A DNA stretch of 64,000 bases from Acinetobacter phage BS46. The notes under the pieces were generated by a model. That model did no database searches. It saw nothing but the letters and a program-made list of their open reading frames with translations, and was not told where the DNA came from. Both the position numbers and the translations under genes were made by a program. Positions 28,612 through 38,877 of the stretch are shown piece after piece (the stretch's first letter is position 1; each line of letters begins with the position of its first letter). The stretch lies in the sequence record MN276049.1. One strand, given 5' to 3'.

Positions 28612-30066
28612 ATGGCAATATCATTTAGTGAAACAGGATTAGTAATCCCCACACAAGAAGAAATTAGAGATGAGATGTCTGCTAATGCAAAAGTTAACCT
28701 TGCACCATTTCTAGGAAATACAGAATTAAAAACAGATGACTCTAGTGTTATCGGCAGACAATTAGCTACTGTTGCTAGACCTGCTGCACAGAATGCTCAA
28801 ATATTACAACCAATCCTTGATCAATTTGATATTAACAAAGCTAGTAAGATTCAACTTGATAACCTCTTATGGCAGATTCATCGTATTAAAAGAAAAGGTA
28901 TTTCACAAGCTGAAGGCTTGGTTATGTTATACGGTGATGTCGGAACATTAGTTGCTAAAGGTAGTGAGGTTTCTAATTCAAAAACAGGTGATATTTACTC
29001 AACAAACCAAGATATAACTTTCAATGAAAATGACTGTAACGGTATTGAGCTGTTAATATCTTCTATTGGTGGTACTTACACAATTAATTATTCTGTAAAC
29101 GGATTTCTATCTCAATCACCTAGTATTACCGTTGTTGCTGGTTCTAATGATACTACTATTGAAAATATTGCAGATAGGATTGTTGATGCAGTAAATTCTC
29201 AAGCATCTTATTTAACAGCTTCAAAGAATAATGACTTAACTGTTAAAATTGTTATCACAGATCAAAACAGCACTGGTGACTTCTCAGTTTCAGGCAACAT
29301 GACAATCAACAGAACATATAAACCTGTTTATGTTACATCGAATACTTATCAATCATCTGAAAGTGCCGTTAATCAAATTACAACTATTCGTACAACAGTG
29401 CTAGGTTGGAGAGGAGTTACTAATCCGTTTGTGGTTGAATCTTCTCAAGGTGTTGAGTTAGACGATGATTATAAATACCGTGGTAATTTAATCAAGGGTA
29501 GTAATAACGCATCCTCACGTAACTCATTACTTGCAAGAATATTAGCAGTTCGTGGAGTTAGTTTCTTAAACATTCAAGCAAATACTACGTCATCAACTAC
29601 TGGTTCTGGAATCATTAACAATGGTTTAGCAATCACTGTACAAGGTGGTAATGAAGATGAAATTGCTATTGCTATTGCGGATGCGATTGCAGACGGTATT
29701 GAAACATCAGGAACAATTACTAAAGTCGTAAAAGATATTAATGGTGGTGATCAAACTGTAAGATTCTCAAGACCACAAGCTGTTCCACTTAAAGTATCAA
29801 TGGCAATCACCATTTCTCCAACTTTCCCTACAAATGGTAAAAACTTAATTAAACAAGCAATTGTTGATTGGTTTAATAGTATGCAAGTTGGTGACGATAT
29901 TTATTATTCAAGATTATACGAACCAATTAACTCTGTTAGCGGATTTAGTGTTCGTAATCTTCAAGTTGGTAAATTAAATGGTAGTTATGGAACTGAAGAT
30001 ATTATCTTAGATCATAATGAAGTAGCAACAATCAGTGCAGAGAATATTTATATTGGTGGTAGCTAA
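28612..30066 (+). CDS. baseplate J-like protein
   Basis: 484 aa following the W-like gene, in the conserved W-J-I order. Confidence 0.55.
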   Translation: MAISFSETGLVIPTQEEIRDEMSANAKVNLAPFLGNTELKTDDSSVIGRQLATVARPAAQNAQILQPILDQFDINKASKIQLDNLLWQIHRIKRKGISQAEGLVMLYGDVGTLVAKGSEVSNSKTGDIYSTNQDITFNENDCNGIELLISSIGGTYTINYSVNGFLSQSPSITVVAGSNDTTIENIADRIVDAVNSQASYLTASKNNDLTVKIVITDQNSTGDFSVSGNMTINRTYKPVYVTSNTYQSSESAVNQITTIRTTVLGWRGVTNPFVVESSQGVELDDDYKYRGNLIKGSNNASSRNSLLARILAVRGVSFLNIQANTTSSTTGSGIINNGLAITVQGGNEDEIAIAIADAIADGIETSGTITKVVKDINGGDQTVRFSRPQAVPLKVSMAITISPTFPTNGKNLIKQAIVDWFNSMQVGDDIYYSRLYEPINSVSGFSVRNLQVGKLNGSYGTEDIILDHNEVATISAENIYIGGS

Positions 30067-30689
30067 TGACAGTATCAATTATAGATTACGTTAAAGAAGC
30101 AGAAGAAGGAAGTTCTTCTCTTCTTAATCAAAGTCCGATATATCTAGCATTCCTTGACGCAATTGTAGAGTATTATCACGAGCAGCAAAAAGACTTTATC
30201 TGGTTATCTGAAAACTTATTAAACATTGAGGTTGCTGAAAAATGGCATCTTGATTTTATTGGAATGATTGTTGGACAACCAAGATTGTTAGTTTCATTTA
30301 ACACAGAGCCTTATTTTGGATTCGAAGGAAGTTATCAGTCTGAAACGTTCTCAACAGCCTCCAACCCCTCTCTTGGAGGTTATTGGAACTCAATGGATAC
30401 TTTCAACACCGCTTCTGCTAGAAAGCTGACAGATGAAGAATATAGAAGAATAATTAAAGCTAGAGTTATTTTTAATAATAGCTTTTGCACCAGAACAGAC
30501 TTATTAAATGTAATTAACCTAATAACAGGAAATACTTCTGCATCAATCACAAGAGAACGTCATGGTCTCTTAAAAATAAGAGCTGTAGATGATAGTGGTT
30601 TATTAGCTTATTTTATGTCTCGATTAGAATTAGATGACAACATCTTACCTATCGGATATGGAATAAGAGCAGAACAAGTGGAGATATAA
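30066..30689 (+). CDS. baseplate/tail protein I-like
   Basis: 207 aa coupled to the J-like gene. Confidence 0.5.
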   Translation: MTVSIIDYVKEAEEGSSSLLNQSPIYLAFLDAIVEYYHEQQKDFIWLSENLLNIEVAEKWHLDFIGMIVGQPRLLVSFNTEPYFGFEGSYQSETFSTASNPSLGGYWNSMDTFNTASARKLTDEEYRRIIKARVIFNNSFCTRTDLLNVINLITGNTSASITRERHGLLKIRAVDDSGLLAYFMSRLELDDNILPIGYGIRAEQVEI

Positions 30690-31853
30690 ATGGCGGTAGT
30701 TAATAGACCAGATTATTCTGTAGGAGTATGGGCATCGAACGGTGATATTGCTGCTCCTACATCAGAAAAGATTGAGATTGGTCATATTGTAGAAAAACCT
30801 TTAAAAGAGGTAATGAACTGGATTCAAAACAGACAAGATAAAGGGATTGTCTACTTATTTCAGCAAGGTATTTCAGAGTGGGTGTCAACAGAAACTTATC
30901 CTGAAAACGGGTACGTAAAACGTTCTGGTGTTATTTATAAAGCATTATCACAAAATACAGACCGTGATCCTCTTACTTATACGGATATTTGGAGACAAGC
31001 TTTCGATACTTTTGGTAGTGCTGCTGAAGTGCAATTAGAAGTTGATGAAATAACCTCAACAGATGGGTATTTAAGCTTTTACATCCAGAAATCAAATCCT
31101 CAGTCTTCTGTTCGCTTTGATGGCGTTGCTTATTCAGCAGCACAAGGGATTCCAAACTCTAGTGCAGATCAAATGGGTTATGTCTTTAAAAATGTTGAGA
31201 CATCTGGCTTATTTTATTCAGACGCACCTATAGTCCTAAATAATGGGTTAGAAGTTGTTAAGTTTAAAAAAACAGAAGATTTGACAGACTCATCAAACAA
31301 TGTAGCTACAACCGAATGGGTTCAAAATTTAGTAGCGCAGGCTATGGATGCTATTGTACCTATTGGTGCAATTATTGAATATACAGATCAAGTTGTACCA
31401 ACTGATAACTTCATGTATGCACACGGTCAAGCAGTAAGTCGAACTTTATATCCTATTCTTTTTGCACGAATTGGAACTAAATTTGGTTCAGGTGACGGAT
31501 CAACAACATTCAATCTTCCTGATAAACGTGGTTTATTTACTCGTGAATGGGACAATGGTAAAGGTATTGACGCGGGTCGAGAGTTAGGTTCAAAACAAGA
31601 AGATGCTGTTGAGAAACATAAACACATCCAGTCTTTAGGGGAAGCTTACGATACAGCAGGTATCTTTGGTAAATCTACAGCAAAGGGTTATCAAGGGTCA
31701 AGTGGTGGTTTGGATAATGATAACTATCTATGGTATACAAATGATGGTACTCCGTATCAAGGAACTAACCCCAATAGTGAGAACCCTAACGTAATCGGAG
31801 ACGAAACTCGCCCTAAAAACATAGCAATGGTTTCCTTAATTCGCGTCAAATAA
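30690..31853 (+). CDS. tail fibre protein with phage tail-collar domain
   Basis: YPILFARIGTKFGSGDGSTTFNLPDKRGLFTREWDNGKG matches the tail-collar motif. Confidence 0.6.
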   Translation: MAVVNRPDYSVGVWASNGDIAAPTSEKIEIGHIVEKPLKEVMNWIQNRQDKGIVYLFQQGISEWVSTETYPENGYVKRSGVIYKALSQNTDRDPLTYTDIWRQAFDTFGSAAEVQLEVDEITSTDGYLSFYIQKSNPQSSVRFDGVAYSAAQGIPNSSADQMGYVFKNVETSGLFYSDAPIVLNNGLEVVKFKKTEDLTDSSNNVATTEWVQNLVAQAMDAIVPIGAIIEYTDQVVPTDNFMYAHGQAVSRTLYPILFARIGTKFGSGDGSTTFNLPDKRGLFTREWDNGKGIDAGRELGSKQEDAVEKHKHIQSLGEAYDTAGIFGKSTAKGYQGSSGGLDNDNYLWYTNDGTPYQGTNPNSENPNVIGDETRPKNIAMVSLIRVK

Positions 31854-31865
31854 TAGGAGAAGAAA

Positions 31866-32264
31866 GTGGATGGCACTTCAACAACCTCTCTAATAGGTCT
31901 ACTAAAGTTTTTATACCCTTCTTTAATCGGAAGTGCTTTAGCAGTATGGTATAAAAGAAATGATATAAAATGGAAAGAAAAAACTTTAGATGAAAAGATT
32001 TTCTACAGCTTTGTAGGGATTGCAGCAATAGTTGTTGGTGTCTCCATTGGTCTTGCTCTTGGTAATTCACTTATTATTTATTTTGGTCTTGTAGAATACT
32101 GGTATTGCTTCGGTGTATATATGTTCTCAAGTCTGTCATCACTAAAGTTATTGGATGCTATTGTTAAAAATAGTGATGATATATTGTCAACTGTTTTCAA
32201 CGGAATTAAAGATGTTGTTACTACATTCTTTGAAACTATAACTTCAAGATGGAAGAAAAAATGA
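31866..32264 (+). CDS. holin (multi-TM)
   Basis: 3-4 hydrophobic helices with charged C-terminus, immediately upstream of endolysin. Confidence 0.5.
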   Translation: MDGTSTTSLIGLLKFLYPSLIGSALAVWYKRNDIKWKEKTLDEKIFYSFVGIAAIVVGVSIGLALGNSLIIYFGLVEYWYCFGVYMFSSLSSLKLLDAIVKNSDDILSTVFNGIKDVVTTFFETITSRWKKK

Positions 32265-32578
32265 TCATTTATATCGCTTTAATCCAGCTATTTCTTTTAA
32301 TTAATACAATTATTATATTTATATGTGAACACAGCCCATTATGGGCTAACACATGGAAGAGCGTTCTGCTACGCTTTATTATAGCCATATTATTTTTAGT
32401 TATTGGTAGTTATGTTCCTATGTTAGCACTACTCCCATATTATTGTACATTTATTGCTTTCTTTGCGTCAATTGTGTTCACAGTCTTATTAGTGAAATAT
32501 ATCATGCTTGAATATTTTGAAAGAGTTAGAAGAATATCCAAATTAAGGAGAAAAAATAAAAATGAAAATGAACTTTGA
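32249..32578 (+). CDS. second holin/antiholin-like membrane protein
   Basis: Three hydrophobic helices, basic C-terminal tail, overlaps neighbours. Confidence 0.4.
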   Translation: MEEKMIIYIALIQLFLLINTIIIFICEHSPLWANTWKSVLLRFIIAILFLVIGSYVPMLALLPYYCTFIAFFASIVFTVLLVKYIMLEYFERVRRISKLRRKNKNENEL

Positions 32579-33158
32579 TAAAATTAGAAACTCTTTATTT
32601 GGTGGCTCATTAAAACAATCTCAAGTTGATGGAATTAATGCAATACTAGAATCCATTAATAAGCACGGAATTTCAAAAGAACAAGCAGCATATGTTTATG
32701 CAACTGTTTACCATGAGACAGCAAGAACAATGCAACCAATCGAAGAGTACGGTAAAGGTCAAGGTAGACCTTACGGAACTTGGTATAAAAACTCAAAAGG
32801 TGAATTATATTCTTGGAAGAATGGAAATAAAAATACAGCCTATTTACATAAAGACTTTCCACACTTGTATTATGGCAGATCATTTCCTCAATTAACTTGG
32901 TTTGATAATTACAAAAAAGCAGGAAATATTCTTGGTGTCGATTTCCTTAGAAACCCAAAACTTGTTATGGACTTAAAATATGCATCTGAAATTCTAGTGG
33001 TTGGGATGATGGATGGATGGTTTACAGGTCGTAAGTTATCAGATTATATCAACCACTCAAAAACAGATTATTATAATGCAAGAAGAATAATTAATGGTAC
33101 AGACAGGGCTAAATTAATTTCTGAATATGCATCAACATTTAAAGAAGCATTGTTTTAA
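32562..33158 (+). CDS. endolysin, glycoside hydrolase family 19-like, single globular domain
   Basis: YHETARTMQPIEE and YYGRSFPQLTWFDNYKKAG match the GH19 lysin catalytic region. No cell-wall-binding domain. Confidence 0.7.
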   Translation: MKMNFDKIRNSLFGGSLKQSQVDGINAILESINKHGISKEQAAYVYATVYHETARTMQPIEEYGKGQGRPYGTWYKNSKGELYSWKNGNKNTAYLHKDFPHLYYGRSFPQLTWFDNYKKAGNILGVDFLRNPKLVMDLKYASEILVVGMMDGWFTGRKLSDYINHSKTDYYNARRIINGTDRAKLISEYASTFKEALF

Positions 33159-33167
33159 GAGGAATGT

Positions 33168-35645
33168 ATGGCTAGTACAAAAATACAAAACTTACCAATA
33201 AAATCCCCAATCGGTTCAATGAAAATACCTACTGGTGGTTTTGGGGATTATAGCATAACAGTTAACAGTATCGGTGAATTTATTATTGATACGTTCAATC
33301 TTGCAACAACCAACTACGTTGACAATATTGTAGCGGATAAAGAAGATAGAATTCTAACTACTGGTGGAAATCTATTACCAGTTTCTCAACTTAGTGAAAT
33401 ACCTGATACAAATAACGACATTATTGATGAAGTTGCTCAAGCACTATTAAACAGAATAGAGTACGTTAAGGATAATTTTAGCACAGCTCCTTCACACAAT
33501 GAGTTATTGGGAAGAAGTGCATCAGGTGCTCACCCATCTACATCAATATCTCATAAGTCTGGAACTGTATATACATATCTTCAAAACAATGAAACAGATA
33601 TTAATCAAATTAAAAATACAGATATTCCAAATTTAAACATTAATTTATCAAACAAACAAGATATTATTTCTATAGGGGATGCTTTATCTTCAACACCCAA
33701 TCTATCACAAGTTCCGTCTGTTTCTCATACTGGTATCAATACGGCACTGCAAGCTTTACTAAACAGAAATACATATTTTAGTAATCACAATAATCTAACA
33801 AATAAATCAGATGAAAATAGTCACCCTGCTTCAGCCATACAGGACGAAACTGGTTTTTCTCAACAAGAGATTAACAACAGTATTAAATTAAAGACTTTTG
33901 ATGATCTAAAAAACTTCAAACCAATAATGAACGGTCAAACAGTTTATGTTGGACAAAGAAGCAACACCTATTTGCAAGGCGGTGGACTTTTTTATGCTGA
34001 TACATCTGATACCACTAGCTTAGATAATGATGGGACAATTCTAGTTGGTATTGATGGCACAAGATGGAAGAGAAAATGGAATACTTACGCAGACCCTTGC
34101 TGGTTTGGTGCTGATTATACAGGTACGGATGATTGTTCTGCCCAAGTACAGAAAGCAGTTGATGTATCATATGGACGCGTTTGGTTTGGAAATGCTGATC
34201 GAAGTTTCAAAATGATGACACCTGTTGGACTGCCAACTAATAGTATCGTTGGCGACATGCTAATGGAAATCTGCGGAGATGGAGCTAGGGTTTGGGTTTA
34301 CTCAAATACAGGGATTTTTACATCAAAGAGATCAATAGGATTAGAAACATCAACCGATGATCTATATACAGCAGCTCTTGAAATCGGGCGTGGTTTGAGA
34401 TTTCAGGGAGATGGAACAAGTCAATCAGTCGTTGTTAATGGTGATCGTCTTTATAACGTTAATATGAAAGGTGGTCGATATTTGCGAATATCAGCACTAG
34501 TTAGAGCAACACAGCCACGCAGGAATGAAACAACTGGATACGTACAATCCGTGACGATTGAAAGTAATCATTTAGCCCTTTGTAATCGTATCATTGATTC
34601 TAAGCGAGGTTTTAACGTCACGGTTAGTCGCAACTTTGGTGAATCATGCTATGGAGGTGTTTATTTAGATGGTGATGGCAGCCCTGCGGTTAACGTTATT
34701 CGCTGTGATGGAAACTTATGGGAATCCAGCGGGGTATTTGCAAAGCTTGGAGCTATTTACGCTGGTACATTTATTGGAAACTATTTCGAAGGTAATAATT
34801 CTGGTGATTTACCTACACTTAAATGTCTTATTGAGTTGGGTAAAACTGGTACAACTGGGTATTCAAGCGGAGTAACATTTATTGGGAATCAGTTTGGCGC
34901 TGCTAATGCCTACAAGACAGATGTTGATTATGCTGATGTTAAGTTTACCTCATCATTAAGCGGAACTAGTTTAGATATTTTAGCGCCACCAACTTTTGTT
35001 GGGAACTGGACGAATGCATATAGAATGTGGACAGCAGGTCAAGTAGTTACACAATTCGGCAACGCATTTAGTGGTGGTAATGCGCGAAGACACCAAGCAC
35101 CAAAATTACACACAGAAGCCAGAGTCACTTTTGATTTATCTCGAAAGGAGTTTTTAAGCTCTACGAACTTGGTTGGTGGTGTTCACACTATTGCTGAGGT
35201 TGACACAAACTTGATATCAAATTTAGTGAACCAGTCAGCAAGAGCCTGTACAGCTGATATGAATATATTCATGCAAATGAAGAATTCAAGTAACGTTGTT
35301 TTGGGGGCTGCGGTTGCTAAGGTTTCTCTAGTAGTGCAAGGTTCAGAGGGTATCGGTACTGGAGCAACAACAGATGTTTATGTTGCAGCATCTCTAACTG
35401 GATTCACTCAATTAGAAGGTGGAGTTATTGATACAGTTAACAATGTTAGCTTGTTCAAGCATTTTACATCACCAGTTTTAACAATTGAGCGAGTAGGTAC
35501 AAAATACTTATTAAAATTGTCTGGTTATGTTGCAGCAAGTGGTTCTCTGTATGGGGCAACGGCTAAAGTTTTTTCAAATACAACTATGACGATTTACTCG
35601 TTAAATAGTGGTGCTTCATTAGCTGGTCAAATATATCCAACATAA
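33168..35645 (+). CDS. large tail fibre / tailspike (receptor-binding)
   Basis: 825 aa. N-terminal approx 120 aa paralogous to the next ORF. Internal repeats ALLNR...HPSTSISH. Gly/Asn-rich beta-helix-like C-terminal part. Confidence 0.6.
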   Translation: MASTKIQNLPIKSPIGSMKIPTGGFGDYSITVNSIGEFIIDTFNLATTNYVDNIVADKEDRILTTGGNLLPVSQLSEIPDTNNDIIDEVAQALLNRIEYVKDNFSTAPSHNELLGRSASGAHPSTSISHKSGTVYTYLQNNETDINQIKNTDIPNLNINLSNKQDIISIGDALSSTPNLSQVPSVSHTGINTALQALLNRNTYFSNHNNLTNKSDENSHPASAIQDETGFSQQEINNSIKLKTFDDLKNFKPIMNGQTVYVGQRSNTYLQGGGLFYADTSDTTSLDNDGTILVGIDGTRWKRKWNTYADPCWFGADYTGTDDCSAQVQKAVDVSYGRVWFGNADRSFKMMTPVGLPTNSIVGDMLMEICGDGARVWVYSNTGIFTSKRSIGLETSTDDLYTAALEIGRGLRFQGDGTSQSVVVNGDRLYNVNMKGGRYLRISALVRATQPRRNETTGYVQSVTIESNHLALCNRIIDSKRGFNVTVSRNFGESCYGGVYLDGDGSPAVNVIRCDGNLWESSGVFAKLGAIYAGTFIGNYFEGNNSGDLPTLKCLIELGKTGTTGYSSGVTFIGNQFGAANAYKTDVDYADVKFTSSLSGTSLDILAPPTFVGNWTNAYRMWTAGQVVTQFGNAFSGGNARRHQAPKLHTEARVTFDLSRKEFLSSTNLVGGVHTIAEVDTNLISNLVNQSARACTADMNIFMQMKNSSNVVLGAAVAKVSLVVQGSEGIGTGATTDVYVAASLTGFTQLEGGVIDTVNNVSLFKHFTSPVLTIERVGTKYLLKLSGYVAASGSLYGATAKVFSNTTMTIYSLNSGASLAGQIYPT

Positions 35646-35663
35646 TAAAAAGGAAAATAAAAA

Positions 35664-36434
35664 ATGACGGATTTAAGAATTGCTGATGCTCCTGAATTAG
35701 CGTTGGAAACTATAACAGGTAATGAAAAAATACCTACGGGTGGTTATGGTAATAATTCTGTGACTATTTCAAATATTGGGCAGTTTGTAAAAACTGCCCT
35801 TACTTTAGCAACTGAAGCTTACGTATCAAATGTATTTAGTCAAACAGAAAATAAGATAATTTTAACAGGAAATAATTTAATTCCTTCTTCAAATTATGTT
35901 GAAATACCACAAATAAATAATATTGTTCTAAATAGTATTCATCAAAATTTACTTAACAGAATGGAATGGATTAAAAATAATGTTTCTGTTATTACAGATC
36001 ACCAAGTACTATTAAATAGGTCATCAGTTAATACCCACCCATCAACATCAATATCTCATAACGGAACATCCAATGTTTCAATTGAAATTGAAGAGTTAAA
36101 AAATGATGTTTTAAGAATCAACACGGAAACTATTCCAGAATTACAAAATTATATTGTAGGTAAACAAGATGTAATTGTTAGTGATGCTAATTTAACACCA
36201 GTTTCCAGTTTATCAAATGTACCTTCTACAAATAACATCTCCCTAAATTCATCTCTTCAAGCTTTGTTAAATAGGATTGAATATGTGAGATTGAATAATA
36301 TTGAAAAATCAGGAACTACAGCACAAAGACCAGCTGGTGTCACAACAGGTTATCAATTCTTTGATACAACATTAGGAAAACCTATTTACTGGAACGGTAG
36401 CTCATGGGTTGACTCAACAGGAGCATCTGTATAA
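35664..36434 (+). CDS. second tail fibre (paralogous N-terminus, distinct C-terminus)
   Basis: KIPTGGYGNNSVTISNIGQF...LLNRMEWIKNN...HPSTSISH parallels the N-terminus of 33168..35645. Confidence 0.55.
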   Translation: MTDLRIADAPELALETITGNEKIPTGGYGNNSVTISNIGQFVKTALTLATEAYVSNVFSQTENKIILTGNNLIPSSNYVEIPQINNIVLNSIHQNLLNRMEWIKNNVSVITDHQVLLNRSSVNTHPSTSISHNGTSNVSIEIEELKNDVLRINTETIPELQNYIVGKQDVIVSDANLTPVSSLSNVPSTNNISLNSSLQALLNRIEYVRLNNIEKSGTTAQRPAGVTTGYQFFDTTLGKPIYWNGSSWVDSTGASV

Positions 36435-36436
36435 CA

Positions 36437-36466
36437 AAATCCTCGCCTTCGGGTGGGGATTTTTTA
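36437..36466 (+). terminator. intrinsic terminator ending the late operon
   Basis: AAAATCCTCGCC-TTCG-GGTGGGGATTTT stem with UUCG tetraloop, then U-run. Confidence 0.7.
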
Positions 36467-36548
36467 CGTCTGTTATTTTATAAAATTAAATGTTTTGATT
36501 CTTTAATGATTATTTAATGTTTATTAAAAGATTCCGTGTATCATCTTT

Positions 36549-36660
36549 GATACCGTTATCAAGCAAACTTGATACTGTTTATATGCAAAGATGTAACTGT
36601 TACTGGCAAAGATGTACCTGTTTAGAATTAATTAATTTGACAAGATTGCTACTGTTTATG
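36549..36660 (+). promoter_or_regulatory. iteron-like direct repeats with promoter: candidate replication origin/operator
   Basis: GCAAAGATGTAACTGTT and GCAAAGATGTACCTGTT 21 nt apart. GATACTGTTTAT and GCTACTGTTTAT. TTGACA, 18 nt, TATGAT at 36637-36666. Confidence 0.45.
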
Positions 36661-36744
36661 TATGATCATTTCAGTTAGATTGATAGACGATTAAATTAGT
36701 GAAGGAAGTTAATTTAGTCTGTTATAAGTTAGAGGTTGTTTATT

Positions 36745-37509
36745 GTGAGTTTTAAGTACACTAAATCTGTTTGGAGCTTTTCTTTTAATGGGAAGAACAG
36801 AGCAATAAAAAAGTTAATCATGTTAAATCTTGCAGACAGGGCAGGAGATGATGGTTTGTGTTTTCCTTCTGTTGCTAAGATAGCAGAAGATACTTTATTA
36901 GACAGAAGAACAATCATGACTGCTATAACATCTATGATTGAAGAAGGTTTATTGGAAGACACAAAAATGAGAAAAGGACAAACAAAACAGGTTAGGGTGT
37001 TGAGGATTTTAATAGATGTTGAAGATGACAATAAATCACTGTCAGATCACCGTAGCAAGAAGAAAGAGGATTCAGGTACGGTAGTACCACATACACCTAA
37101 AATTAAACCATGTCATGCGAAAAACACGTTTAAATCGAATGTTTCTTCTGGTGTCTCAGAATCTATGAAGAAGTCTTTTGAAGAGCAAGGGAAACCAAGA
37201 GATAATGTTGTTAAGGGTGGTGTACCAGAATCACTGAAACACTTGCTGAAAAGAAAGAAAGATGTTGTTGAAGAATCAAATGTTGAACAACACCAAGAAT
37301 ATTTAGAGGATTTTGAATTAACACAATCTGAATACGATGAGTGTGATGCAGCAATGTCGCATTCTCTCAACAATCCTATTGAATATGAGGATAAAGATTT
37401 GACATTGAGTGAATTAGTTGGTAGTGTGTTCAAACAAGGTGCTTCAGAAGATAGAAAGAAGATATATCAGATGGGGCAAATACAATACAAATTTAGTGAA
37501 GACTATTGA
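36745..37509 (+). CDS. replication initiator / replisome organiser with winged-helix HTH
   Basis: LADRAGDDGLCFPSVAKIAEDTLLDRRTIMTAITSMIEEGLLE is a typical initiator N-terminal HTH. Acidic C-terminus. GTG start 9 nt after GAGG. Confidence 0.5.
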   Translation: MSFKYTKSVWSFSFNGKNRAIKKLIMLNLADRAGDDGLCFPSVAKIAEDTLLDRRTIMTAITSMIEEGLLEDTKMRKGQTKQVRVLRILIDVEDDNKSLSDHRSKKKEDSGTVVPHTPKIKPCHAKNTFKSNVSSGVSESMKKSFEEQGKPRDNVVKGGVPESLKHLLKRKKDVVEESNVEQHQEYLEDFELTQSEYDECDAAMSHSLNNPIEYEDKDLTLSELVGSVFKQGASEDRKKIYQMGQIQYKFSEDY

Positions 37510-37793
37510 GAATATTTTTGTTAACAGGAGTATTTATGAGACATAATTATAATGAAGTATATACAAGGCTTAGAAAGATGAATGAGAATCTTGAAACTGA
37601 TGAAGAGAAGATTAATAAACGTTGTAAGAGAACAAAAGATATTATTTCTGAAAATATTGAAAAGCTTTATGATGTTGGATTTGATTTAGATTATTTCCAA
37701 GATTATACTGGTGATGAAAATCTTAAAGAAGCTTCTGAATTAATTAATAAATCATTGGAATTAATGAAGAAGTTTGTGAGTAGTGTAAAGTGA
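37506..37793 (+). CDS. hypothetical protein
   Basis: Coupled small ORF. Confidence 0.4.
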   Translation: MRIFLLTGVFMRHNYNEVYTRLRKMNENLETDEEKINKRCKRTKDIISENIEKLYDVGFDLDYFQDYTGDENLKEASELINKSLELMKKFVSSVK

Positions 37794-38086
37794 CTTACAT
37801 ATTTGATGTCAACAACGAGCTTCAGTGGCTAAACGACCATAGATTTATTTGGGATTATTATGGAATTGATATTCCAGATGGTAAACCTTATGTTTTTTGT
37901 AGAACAGAACATTGGTCAATTGCACTAACAAGAATTAAAGGTGAATTGTTATTTGAAGCCTATCACACACCAATTGGGAAAAGAATTGACGCTGATGCTG
38001 AATACGATTATAGTAGTATTAACTTACTGGATGTTTTGGACTGCATTCAATCCATCAGTGGTGAAGAAGAGTTGTTATATTATTAG
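37790..38086 (+). CDS. hypothetical protein
   Basis: Coupled small ORF. Confidence 0.4.
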   Translation: MTYIFDVNNELQWLNDHRFIWDYYGIDIPDGKPYVFCRTEHWSIALTRIKGELLFEAYHTPIGKRIDADAEYDYSSINLLDVLDCIQSISGEEELLYY

Positions 38087-38096
38087 GAGACATATT

Positions 38097-38534
38097 ATGG
38101 GTATGTATGGTGGAATGACAGGTTCAGTTTTATTGTCTAAAGATAACGTAGAAGACTTAAAATCTATTGACATAATGAATTATATCTTTGGTTGTTGGAA
38201 TAGTGATGGGTTGGATTTTATTGAACATGGTATGGAAGGTTTTAGCCGAGAATTCAAATTTGATGATAAGGTCAATTTAAGTTTTGCTACTGGAACTAAG
38301 GCATACCGATTGACTGAAATTTTAGAAATAATATTTCGTGTCGCTGAAGCTTATCTTATTTATTATGCTGATGAGTATGGAAGAAAAAGTGTCTTCTATA
38401 AAGATACAGAAGATGGTTGTTATATATTTAATAGTATGAAGTTAATATCTTATTGGGTTGAGGATTTTGACTACTCTAACACAACTAAAAATCAGCATGT
38501 TATTAAGGAAGATGATTGGAGAAGCTATTTATGA
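38097..38534 (+). CDS. hypothetical protein (start moved to MGMYGG)
   Basis: AGGAGA 7 nt upstream of the ATG at 38097. The longer ORF-track version overlaps the previous gene. Confidence 0.4.
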   Translation: MGMYGGMTGSVLLSKDNVEDLKSIDIMNYIFGCWNSDGLDFIEHGMEGFSREFKFDDKVNLSFATGTKAYRLTEILEIIFRVAEAYLIYYADEYGRKSVFYKDTEDGCYIFNSMKLISYWVEDFDYSNTTKNQHVIKEDDWRSYL

Positions 38535-38731
38535 TTGCTGTAAGACTATACGAAGATTACGATGTTGACATTTATGGTAATCCTAAAAGAAGTGGTAAGA
38601 AGATTCTTTGGGTTGATTATGGTGTTAATCTTGATTGGTTGACAACTGTTTGTTTACCCTGTGTTAGATGGGAAGTTTTTAAACAACATTGTTATTATGA
38701 TTCTGGAATTGGAGAGTGGATTTTAAAATGA
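38516..38731 (+). CDS. hypothetical protein
   Basis: Coupled ORF. Confidence 0.4.
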   Translation: MEKLFMIAVRLYEDYDVDIYGNPKRSGKKILWVDYGVNLDWLTTVCLPCVRWEVFKQHCYYDSGIGEWILK

Positions 38732-38868
38732 TTATGATATGTTTAGGATGTTATAATAAGTTCCCATTCTATTTAGAACCATTTCGAGATTATCCTTATT
38801 GTCCTGAATGTGGTTCAGGTAAAACAGGCTATTATGATGAAGATGGTAAATTGGTTATGAATAATTGA
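38728..38868 (+). CDS. small zinc-ribbon protein (46 aa, CxxC...CxxC), not in ORF track
   Basis: MIMICLGCYNKF...PYCPECGSGKTGYY; ATGA overlap with the upstream stop. Confidence 0.4.
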   Translation: MIMICLGCYNKFPFYLEPFRDYPYCPECGSGKTGYYDEDGKLVMNN

Positions 38869-38877
38869 GGTTATGAA

